A stretch of DNA of 17,008 bases from Myxococcota bacterium. GTDB taxonomy: Bacteria; Myxococcota_A; UBA9160; UBA6930. Both the position numbers and the translations under genes were made by a program. Positions 8,225 through 14,545 of the stretch are shown piece by piece (within the stretch, counting starts at the first letter, position 1; every line of letters starts with the position of its first letter). The notes under the pieces were generated by a model that had not been told where the DNA came from, did no database searches, and saw only the letters and a program-made list of their open reading frames with translations. The stretch spans positions 1 through 17,008 of the forward strand of contig CBDCXK010000001.1 in the NCBI GenBank assembly GCA_965223705.1. Direction: 5' to 3'.

Positions 8225-9424
8225 ATGTCGGAGACCTCGGCCTTCTCGCACTGGTTTTCCGAGCGCCTCGCCGAGCAAGCCGAATCGTTGTGCAGGGAGT
8301 GGCTCGATCGGCTGCTCGCACTGCTTCCCGAAGAGGCCCACGAGATCTTTCCCACGGAAACGCTCCTCGATCACGTCCCTCTCGTAATCCGCGGCTTGGC
8401 ACGGGACGTATCGGAACCCATTACCGAAGGCGTCGCGATCTCGTCCGCGATCACCGAGAAAGCGAGAGAGCTCGGGGATCTGCGTTTCAGTCAACGCGCG
8501 AGCGTCCACCAGATCCTTCGGGAGTACGCCATTCTCGCGGAGTTGTTGTCGAAGTTCCTCGTCGACAGCCTCGAAGAGGCACCCGGAGAAGCTCCTACAA
8601 CGAGGGAGGCCCTGCACATCAGCGAGCGCCTCAACGACGGAATTCGGATCCTGATGCAGGCGTCCGTCGATTCCTTCAGCGAACGCTACACCGAGACGAT
8701 CGAGCGGCAGCGCGCCCAACTCGAAAGCTTCAACCGGATGATCACGCACGAGATCCGCAACCCCCTGAACAGCCTCGAACTCGGTGTCGACCTGCTGACC
8801 GAAGAGAACATGTCGCCGTCCGGTGTCGAAAAGGTCGCCGGACTGCTGCACCGGAGTGTGGATCGGATCACTCATCTGCTGCGGAATCTCGAGGCCCTGG
8901 TGACCGTCGACGAGGACCCCGACGGGCCGACACGCCAAGAACTCGAACTTTCTGGGATTGCAAACGACGTCGTTGATCAACTCTCCGACATGATCGATGC
9001 GCGGGACGTCGAGGTCCGTATCGATGGCAGCCTCCCCCGGATCGTGAGCGACCCCCATCGTGTCGAGATGATCCTGCTCAACTTGATCGCGAACGGAATC
9101 AAGTACAGCGATCGCGGGAAAGAAAAGCGGTGGGTGACCGTCGAACACCTCGCTACCGACACCGCTGAGACCGAGCTGACGATTCAGGTTCGAGACAACG
9201 GCATCGGCATTCCCACGGATCAGCAAGAAGCGGTCTTCGGACGCTTTTTCCGCGCCCACAAGGATCGCGACAGCGAGCTCGGAGTGCGCGGGAGCGGCCT
9301 GGGATTGTCGATTGTCGCTGACTGCGTCAGCGCACTCGACGGCACGGTCGAACTCGAGTCCGTCGAAGGTGAAGGAACCACAGTGACGGTGCGCTTCTCC
9401 GCACACGCGTTGCCCAAGGACTAG
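8225..9424 (+). CDS. Soluble sensor histidine kinase with a helical N-terminal domain (RsbRD_N-like), 399 aa
   Basis: H-box MITHEIRNPL, N-box NLIANGIKYS, G1 DNGIGIP and G2 GSGLGL, with no TM segment. The gene is divergent from the activator across 103 bp. Confidence 0.92.
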   Translation: MSETSAFSHWFSERLAEQAESLCREWLDRLLALLPEEAHEIFPTETLLDHVPLVIRGLARDVSEPITEGVAISSAITEKARELGDLRFSQRASVHQILREYAILAELLSKFLVDSLEEAPGEAPTTREALHISERLNDGIRILMQASVDSFSERYTETIERQRAQLESFNRMITHEIRNPLNSLELGVDLLTEENMSPSGVEKVAGLLHRSVDRITHLLRNLEALVTVDEDPDGPTRQELELSGIANDVVDQLSDMIDARDVEVRIDGSLPRIVSDPHRVEMILLNLIANGIKYSDRGKEKRWVTVEHLATDTAETELTIQVRDNGIGIPTDQQEAVFGRFFRAHKDRDSELGVRGSGLGLSIVADCVSALDGTVELESVEGEGTTVTVRFSAHALPKD

Positions 9425-9457
9425 ACACCAAGGGCCACGCGCGCATAACCTGGCGCG

Positions 9458-10621
9458 ATGGCGTCGGAAGAAGAACAACACGAGTGCCTTCGCCGGACGT
9501 TTTCCGACGCTCTCGGTGTTCCGTTTTCCCAGGGCAATGTCGTCTCTCCCCTTCGAAACGGCGTCGAGATTTTTCCCGCGATGCTCAAGGCGATCGACGA
9601 CGCCGTCGAAACCGTCGAGTTCGTCACGTACGTGTATTGGCGCGGCACCGTCGCCCGAGAGTTTGCAGAAGCTTTCTCGCGGGCTGCCAAGCGCGGCGTG
9701 CAGGTGCGGGTTCTACTCGACGCGGTGGGTGGGGGCGCGATCGAAAGCGGGCTCGTCGAGAACATGCGCCGCGCGGGCGTCGAGTTCGCGTGGTTCCGCC
9801 CCGTTTCCATGTTCTGGAGGGCGCGGCATCGCACCCATCGAAAGATCCTGGTATGCGACGGTCGGGTCGGTTTCACGGGAGGCGTGGGGATCGCGGCAGA
9901 ATGGGAAGGCGATGCGCGACACCCCGGGGAATGGCGGGATACCCACTTCCGAATCTGCGGGCCGGCCGTCCGCGGCCTTCGAGCCGCCTTCGTGGGCAAC
10001 TGGATCGAAACCGAGGGATCCCTGGTGGACCTGCTCGAAGATGCCCCCGAGCAACCCCGATCGGGGGACGGCGCAGTCCAAGTGATTCGATCCTCGGGAA
10101 GCGTCGGTTGGGAGGAAACCGCGGTCGTCTTTTGGACGCTCTCGCGATTGGTCGAACGATCAATTCGCATCACCACGGCGTACTTCGTCCCCGACCGCAG
10201 AACGACGCGTTTTCTGATATCGGCGGTACGGCGAGGCGCCTCCGTCGAGCTGATGGTGCCCGCGCGCAGACGCACCGACTCGCGACTTTCGTACGTCGCA
10301 GGTTCGGCGCACTACGCCGCGCTCCTCGAAGCGGGCGTCCGGATCTACGAGTACCAGCCGACGATGCTCCACGCGAAGACCCTGACGATGGACGGGAGGG
10401 TCGCTTGGCTCGGTTCATCGAACTTTAACCAGCGATCCATGCGCCAAGATGACGAGATCGGGTTGCTCGCGATCGCCCCCGATGTCTGCTCGAAGCTGGA
10501 TGCGCATTTCGAGGAAGACAAAAAACGCTGCGAGGAGATCGAGCCGCAACGCTGGTCCCGGCGGAGTCCGTGGCAAAAGGCTGCGGAGTGGCTGGTGCAC
10601 CCGGTTCGCTCTGAACTTTGA
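9458..10621 (+). CDS. Phospholipase D-family cardiolipin synthase (ClsB-like, no N-terminal TM), 387 aa
   Basis: Two HKD motifs (HRKILVCD, HAKTLTMD) plus GFTGG, WRDTH, YFVPD and GSSNFNQRS. Confidence 0.9.
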   Translation: MASEEEQHECLRRTFSDALGVPFSQGNVVSPLRNGVEIFPAMLKAIDDAVETVEFVTYVYWRGTVAREFAEAFSRAAKRGVQVRVLLDAVGGGAIESGLVENMRRAGVEFAWFRPVSMFWRARHRTHRKILVCDGRVGFTGGVGIAAEWEGDARHPGEWRDTHFRICGPAVRGLRAAFVGNWIETEGSLVDLLEDAPEQPRSGDGAVQVIRSSGSVGWEETAVVFWTLSRLVERSIRITTAYFVPDRRTTRFLISAVRRGASVELMVPARRRTDSRLSYVAGSAHYAALLEAGVRIYEYQPTMLHAKTLTMDGRVAWLGSSNFNQRSMRQDDEIGLLAIAPDVCSKLDAHFEEDKKRCEEIEPQRWSRRSPWQKAAEWLVHPVRSEL

Positions 10622-10648
10622 TCGCGTGGTCGCAACTCGAGGTTCGCG

Positions 10649-11119
10649 TCAGCTCTCTCCCTCGTCCCCGCGAACGGTGAGGACAGGGCAGGGGGCGCTG
10701 CGTAAGGTGCGCTCCGCGACACTTCCAATGAACGCGTGTGCGAGTCCGGTTCTCCCGTGGGTCCCCATCACGATCAGGTCGATCCCCAAACGATCCGCCG
10801 CTTGGCAGAGAGCCTCCGAGATGTTGTTTCCCTCGAAGACGTCGTACTGAGCCAGCGTCGGCGGTTGCGTCAGGCCTTCGACTACCTGGCTGAGGTTGCT
10901 ACGCGCTTGTTGCTCGAGTTCGAGGAGGTTCGGTAGCGCGACGGCAGATCCTGTCCCGGCCGGTGCCGGATACCCGTACGCGTAGCTCGGCGGTTGAATG
11001 ATGTGTACGAGCGTGAGGTTCGCAGCGAGCTTCTCGGCCAATTTCACACCGATCGCGAGCGCGGCTCGCGCGTGCTCGGAAAAGTCGTAGGGAACCATGA
11101 GTTGCTTGAAGTCACTCAT
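10649..11119 (-). CDS. Universal stress protein (Usp), 156 aa
   Basis: VPYDFS and [32 protein letters not shown] (G-2x-G-9x-GS motif). Confidence 0.95.
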   Translation of the reverse strand: MSDFKQLMVPYDFSEHARAALAIGVKLAEKLAANLTLVHIIQPPSYAYGYPAPAGTGSAVALPNLLELEQQARSNLSQVVEGLTQPPTLAQYDVFEGNNISEALCQAADRLGIDLIVMGTHGRTGLAHAFIGSVAERTLRSAPCPVLTVRGDEGES

Positions 11120-11340
11120 AGTGTTTCCGAAGCCTCATCGAGGGTAAAGCCGACCTTGAGGGTGACTTGCCAGTGCGAGATCTCGCCGTCCTCGATGTGG
11201 CCGCGGGTTTCGACCACCTCGAACCATCGGAGGTTGTGGAGCGTGCGACGCGCGCGATCGATGGCGCTCTTGACAGCGTCATCGGCTCCTTTCGGTGACG
11301 AGCCGGTGAGTTCGACAACTTTGTAGACGTGTTCGGTCAT
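11116..11340 (-). CDS. Dodecin (flavin-binding dodecamer), 74 aa
   Basis: [12 protein letters not shown]...[13 protein letters not shown]...[12 protein letters not shown], with the flavin-contact W, R and Q positions present. Confidence 0.95.
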   Translation of the reverse strand: MTEHVYKVVELTGSSPKGADDAVKSAIDRARRTLHNLRWFEVVETRGHIEDGEISHWQVTLKVGFTLDEASETL

Positions 11341-11384
11341 GTGGGTTCCTATTTGTAAGTTCTGGTCGGCGGAGATCCATTCAT

Positions 11385-11400
11385 TGCAATTCGGTTGCCG
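11385..11400 (-). promoter_or_regulatory. Proximal sigma-54-like promoter for dodecin-usp
   Basis: Minus strand CGGCAACCGAATTGCA (GG-N10-GC with TTGCA). Confidence 0.6.
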
Positions 11401-11446
11401 CTATTGCACGGACTTCGAGTTGCCCGCGCCAACCGTCACGATCGAG

Positions 11447-11462
11447 TGCAAAGGCAGTGCCA
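11447..11462 (-). promoter_or_regulatory. Distal sigma-54 promoter for dodecin-usp (left member of divergent pair 1)
   Basis: Minus strand TGGCACTGCCTTTGCA, matching TGGCAC-N5-TTGCA. Confidence 0.85.
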
Positions 11463-11472
11463 CAGCCCGCGG

Positions 11473-11488
11473 TGGCACCCGTCTTGCA
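11473..11488 (+). promoter_or_regulatory. sigma-54 promoter for the small membrane ORF (right member of pair 1)
   Basis: TGGCACCCGTCTTGCA, matching TGGCAC-N5-TTGCA. Confidence 0.85.
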
Positions 11489-11512
11489 GCATGCGAGAGC
11501 GACGGAGGCGAG

Positions 11513-11677
11513 GTGATTGGCTGGGTTGTCGCGTGGGTCGTGCTGGGATGCCTCGCACAGTTCCGTCCGCTGACCCAGGCCCTCGCGGTTTCGGACCACC
11601 TCGCTCACTGGCTTTCAGCAGCTGCTTTTGTGATCGCAGCGGTCATCGTCTGCCGCGATCGACCGAGTCGTGTCTGA
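11513..11677 (+). CDS. Small two-TM hypothetical protein, 54 aa
   Basis: GTG 11513 follows a GGAGG RBS and a consensus sigma-54 motif. MIGWVVAWVVLGCLAQFRPLTQALAVSDHLAHWLSAAAFVIAAVIVCRDRPSRV has two hydrophobic stretches. Confidence 0.6.
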   Translation: MIGWVVAWVVLGCLAQFRPLTQALAVSDHLAHWLSAAAFVIAAVIVCRDRPSRV

Positions 11678-11691
11678 GAACGGTTGCGCAG

Positions 11692-12060
11692 TCAATCCGT
11701 CGAAGGAGTCGTTTCGACGGGCGGTGTCGTCACATCGCGCGCGATGGCACCGCTAGCGCCCAGATCGTTGTCGACCTCTCGGACACCATCGATCTTCGAA
11801 ACCAAGAGCTCGATGCGCTCGAGGTCTTCCGCGCTGGGAACCTGTCCGCTCAGCGTCACGCGACCGTTCTCGACGCGGACCGCGACGTTGCGGGTCACGG
11901 GTTGCTCTCGGAGCTCGTCTCGGACACGTTCCGCCAGCCGTCGATCCGCGGGATCCGCAACGGCGTCACTCTCGGCGCCGCTCCAGCAACCGGCAGCGAC
12001 TAGAAGCGCCGCGCACCCCGCGGCGACGAGCCGGACCGCGCGACTATTTCGCCGCGACAC
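11692..12060 (-). CDS. BON-domain lipoprotein (OsmY-like), 122 aa
   Basis: GTG starts 2 nt after the YqaE stop. It has a basic N-terminus, lipobox-like VAAGC and a BON motif (DRRLAERVRDEL...VAVRVENGRVTLSGQV...IDGVREVDNDL). Confidence 0.85.
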   Translation of the reverse strand: MSRRNSRAVRLVAAGCAALLVAAGCWSGAESDAVADPADRRLAERVRDELREQPVTRNVAVRVENGRVTLSGQVPSAEDLERIELLVSKIDGVREVDNDLGASGAIARDVTTPPVETTPSTD

Positions 12061-12062
12061 GT

Positions 12063-12239
12063 CTAGGCCACCCGAGCGGAGCCGCGCGCCAGCACGAGCC
12101 AGACGGCGTGAAGCATTCCGGGGACGTAGCCCAGCAGGGTCAACAGGACGTTGAGCCAGAAGTGGCCCGTCAAGCCGACCTGCAAGAAAGCGCCCAGCGG
12201 CGGAAGAAGTATCGAGATGAGAATGCGAATCAGATCCAT
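12063..12239 (-). CDS. YqaE/Pmp3-family membrane proteolipid, 58 aa
   Basis: MDLIRILISILLPPLGAFLQVG...FWLNVLLTLLGYVPGMLHAVW, with a GAGGAG RBS. Confidence 0.95.
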   Translation of the reverse strand: MDLIRILISILLPPLGAFLQVGLTGHFWLNVLLTLLGYVPGMLHAVWLVLARGSARVA

Positions 12240-12263
12240 TGCGGTCTCCTCGACGTGAACTAC

Positions 12264-12279
12264 AGCAAGCGCCGTGCCG
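12264..12279 (-). promoter_or_regulatory. sigma-54 promoter for YqaE-BON (left member of pair 2)
   Basis: Minus strand CGGCACGGCGCTTGCT. Predicted +1 is near 12253, just before the RBS. Confidence 0.85.
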
Positions 12280-12288
12280 AACCTCAGT

Positions 12289-12304
12289 CGGCACCCTACT
12301 TGCA
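12289..12304 (+). promoter_or_regulatory. sigma-54 promoter for the single-domain response regulator (right member of pair 2)
   Basis: CGGCACCCTACTTGCA. Predicted +1 is near 12315. Confidence 0.85.
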
Positions 12305-12334
12305 CTCACAAGTGTGTGGCGCGGGAGGTGCCCC

Positions 12335-12682
12335 GTGAAACTGTTGGTCGTGGACGACGATCGAGATTTCCTAGCGGCCTTGGCCTTGTCCCTCCGCACG
12401 CGAGGCTTCGAGGTCGAGGAGGTCCGCAGCTACTCCGATGCGTTGGACGCGGTCGGCGACAGGGAGCACGACGCCGTGGTCTCGGATATCGATTTGGGCC
12501 CCGGACCAAGCGGTCTCGATCTCTTGGGGTACATCCGTCAAAGGGCTCCGGAACTGCCTGTCATCTTGGTCACAGGGACGGTGCGTGCAGAGACCCTTGC
12601 GGAAGCGCGCGGGCTCGCCGCAACCGCCGTGCTCGAGAAACCGATTTCAGTCCGTCAGCTTGCAGCGATGATCGAGCGTTAG
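12335..12682 (+). CDS. Single-domain response regulator, 115 aa
   Basis: GTG with GGAGG RBS. KLLVVDDD, VVSDIDL, ILVTG and LEKP show all canonical receiver residues. Confidence 0.92.
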   Translation: MKLLVVDDDRDFLAALALSLRTRGFEVEEVRSYSDALDAVGDREHDAVVSDIDLGPGPSGLDLLGYIRQRAPELPVILVTGTVRAETLAEARGLAATAVLEKPISVRQLAAMIER

Positions 12683-13491
12683 TCCGACATCGGTGGCAAG
12701 AGGGGACACAACACCTCCGGACCGTCGAGTACGGCGGTAAAGCTTTCTTCGAGGTAGAGATGAACGTCGGAGCTGTCGTGCGCGTCGTAACCGATCGATG
12801 CGTCTCGACCGCACACGAAGCGGAGATCGCCGCCGCGTCGGCTAGCGATCAGCCCGCCGCGCAGATGCGGTGCCCATAGTACGGGCCCCTCGAGCAGGCG
12901 CTCTGTGTGCTCGAGAACCGGTTGGCCGCCCTCGACGGTCGCTCGCGCGAGTTCTCCGTAGTGCGCGGGAGAGAGCGCCAGCGCGTAGGGGCCCGACACG
13001 CCTTCGCCGCGAAGCTGTTCGAGTCCCTCGGCAACCGCCGCCGGCAAACCTTCGCCCGCATCCGGGAGTGCGACTCCCGGACAGCCGGCGTCGGTGACGA
13101 GCCCGGGGATATCCGCGTCGGCGAAGCCCTCAAAGAGCGCGACGTCTTCTGCAGCGGCGAAGCTCTTGGCCGCTTCGGTTAGAGGGCGCAGATCCGGATC
13201 GCCGGCTCCACGGTCGACTCGCTCGAGCTCGTTTCGCGCGAGTGAAAAGCCCACCCGGAGTTCCAATAGCGGACGCACCCGACGGCGCCGTAGACGAGTC
13301 GAATCCTCGGGCCGACCTTCCAACGGGTCGGCCCGGCCGAGGTCAACCGAGGAGAACTCCCAGCCGAGGGGACCGTCGACGTCCATCAAGCGACGGGCTG
13401 CCAGATGCAGTTCGAGGACCCTTCGCGCCTCCTCGTCGATTTCCTCCCAGGCCTTCGCGGAAACCGGGGCCAAGTCGCGGTGAAGTGCCAT
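12679..13491 (-). CDS. Family 1 encapsulin shell protein (linocin M18-like), 270 aa
   Basis: LHRDLAPVSAKAWEEIDEEA, RRLMDVDGPLGW, PLLELRVGFSL, AEDVALFEG, GPYALAL, SRRGGD, GRDASIGY and LEESFT. The ATG overlaps the cargo stop (TAATG). Confidence 0.95.
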   Translation of the reverse strand: MALHRDLAPVSAKAWEEIDEEARRVLELHLAARRLMDVDGPLGWEFSSVDLGRADPLEGRPEDSTRLRRRRVRPLLELRVGFSLARNELERVDRGAGDPDLRPLTEAAKSFAAAEDVALFEGFADADIPGLVTDAGCPGVALPDAGEGLPAAVAEGLEQLRGEGVSGPYALALSPAHYGELARATVEGGQPVLEHTERLLEGPVLWAPHLRGGLIASRRGGDLRFVCGRDASIGYDAHDSSDVHLYLEESFTAVLDGPEVLCPLLPPMSD

Positions 13492-13838
13492 TAGGACCCT
13501 CTCTTCAGCGCGCCGATGCCGAGATCTCCCTCGGCGGGCGCTCTCTCCGCGTGCTCCGCGCCGACGATCGACTCTTCGCTCCACAGAAATTTCTTGAGGA
13601 AACTGTCAAACACCGGATCCCGGCGGCGGATCCACTCGAGCGTCATGCAGGCGTGCTCTTTTTCTTCGTCTCGGTTGTGCGCGAGGATGCGAGCGAGTTC
13701 GTCGTCCTCGCTAGCATCCACCCGTTGCGCGTACCAATCGACGGCCTCGAGTTCCTCGATCAGCGACGCAATCGCCCGGTGCATCTCGATCGTCTCCGGG
13801 CGAAGCTGCTCGCGCGGCTCATGCATTACTCCCGCCAT
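13491..13838 (-). CDS. Encapsulin-associated ferritin-like protein (EncFtn/Flp) with C-terminal targeting peptide, 115 aa
   Basis: Ferroxidase-type motifs HRAIASLIEELEAVDWYAQR and HNRDEEKEH. C-terminal GDLGIGALK (13503-13529) resembles the LGIGSL cargo-loading peptide. Confidence 0.95.
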   Translation of the reverse strand: MAGVMHEPREQLRPETIEMHRAIASLIEELEAVDWYAQRVDASEDDELARILAHNRDEEKEHACMTLEWIRRRDPVFDSFLKKFLWSEESIVGAEHAERAPAEGDLGIGALKRGS

Positions 13839-13842
13839 CCGA

Positions 13843-14433
13843 CTACCGACGCCTTCGTGCGAGTCGCAGTGAACCGGCGACCGCTGTGGCACCGATTCCC
13901 AGTCCCAACACAAGGGGAAGGAAGCTCGCCGTGTCGGGAAGGCGCGAGCCGGTATATTGCGGCGCGGTGCGGCGATGTTCGCGCATCGGGTCGCTGTTCT
14001 GTTCGAGGTTTCGCGGCGGCGGCGTGTGTCGCGGGGCAATCCGAGTGATCGCAACCGAGATGATCCTAGAACGGTCGATCGTTTCCTTCTTGGAGACGAA
14101 GTCGCGATACGCGGGGTCGTCCTTGCCGAGGACCTCGACGAATTCGACGGTGGAGTTCACCGCGTCGGGCTCGTTCAAGAAAATCACTCGGACCGCGTCG
14201 CCGACCTCGAGGGAATCACGGCCGGTGATTCCTTCGTTCTGCTTGGCGAAGCGCGTGACGATGGCGTAGTCGACCTCGATCTCGCCGGCTTCCGTCAGGA
14301 GGTGCGCTTCCCGGGTACCGTGATCGATTTTCGTGACTTCACCCACCAGGGTACGAGAGTTCGGAATCGCTTGGCCGAACGCCTGCACGCTTGTCAGAAC
14401 TGCCAAGGTCATGGCAAAACTTACAAATCTCAT
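13843..14433 (-). CDS. Secreted protein with LPxTA sortase sorting signal, 196 aa
   Basis: GGAGG RBS, N-terminal signal peptide, small beta-rich domain (GEVTKID...LEVGDAVRV) and Pro-rich linker. Then LPDTAS (13924-13941), a hydrophobic helix and an RRRR tail. Confidence 0.88.
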   Translation of the reverse strand: MRFVSFAMTLAVLTSVQAFGQAIPNSRTLVGEVTKIDHGTREAHLLTEAGEIEVDYAIVTRFAKQNEGITGRDSLEVGDAVRVIFLNEPDAVNSTVEFVEVLGKDDPAYRDFVSKKETIDRSRIISVAITRIAPRHTPPPRNLEQNSDPMREHRRTAPQYTGSRLPDTASFLPLVLGLGIGATAVAGSLRLARRRR

Positions 14434-14492
14434 GTGACCTCCATCGCGATCCCCCGCGAAACGAGGCCATCGCAGTTCTCGACTCTCGGGAA

Positions 14493-14508
14493 CGCAAGTT
14501 GTGTGCCG
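14493..14508 (-). promoter_or_regulatory. sigma-54 promoter for the LPDTA protein-EncFtn-encapsulin operon (left member of pair 3)
   Basis: Minus strand CGGCACACAACTTGCG (GG-N10-GC). Confidence 0.8.
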
Positions 14509-14516
14509 TACCGACC

Positions 14517-14532
14517 GGGCACGGGAACTGCA
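14517..14532 (+). promoter_or_regulatory. sigma-54 promoter for the sortase (right member of pair 3)
   Basis: GGGCACGGGAACTGCA (GG-N10-GC). Predicted +1 is near 14543. Confidence 0.7.
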
Positions 14533-14545
14533 ATCCCATTCTCCT

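Noticed and set aside
7583..8355. Long N-terminal extensions of the kinase (from 7583) and activator (from 8355) in the ORF track
   Set aside because: Each overlaps the other gene antisense. Domain boundaries and the activator RBS support starts at 8225 and 8121.
8186..9481. 431-aa antisense ORF and similar long shadow ORFs (9421-10275, 13957-14880, 15780-16715)
   Set aside because: They overlap well-supported genes, carry no recognisable motifs, and are expected in high-GC coding DNA.
13200..13280. Flavin-binding encapsulin linked to the nearby dodecin
   Set aside because: By eye, the position matching the flavin-stacking Trp of the Thermotoga maritima shell reads Asn (FSLARNELE), so there is no support.
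13491..13584. N-terminally extended encapsulin, or a cargo-shell fusion
   Set aside because: The extension overlaps the EncFtn C-terminus in another frame. The TAATG overlap indicates two coupled genes.
11447..14532. The inverted repeats as REP/MITE elements or terminators
   Set aside because: Only the GGCAC and TGC positions are shared while the spacers differ. They sit between divergent starts, which fits promoters rather than mobile repeats or terminators.
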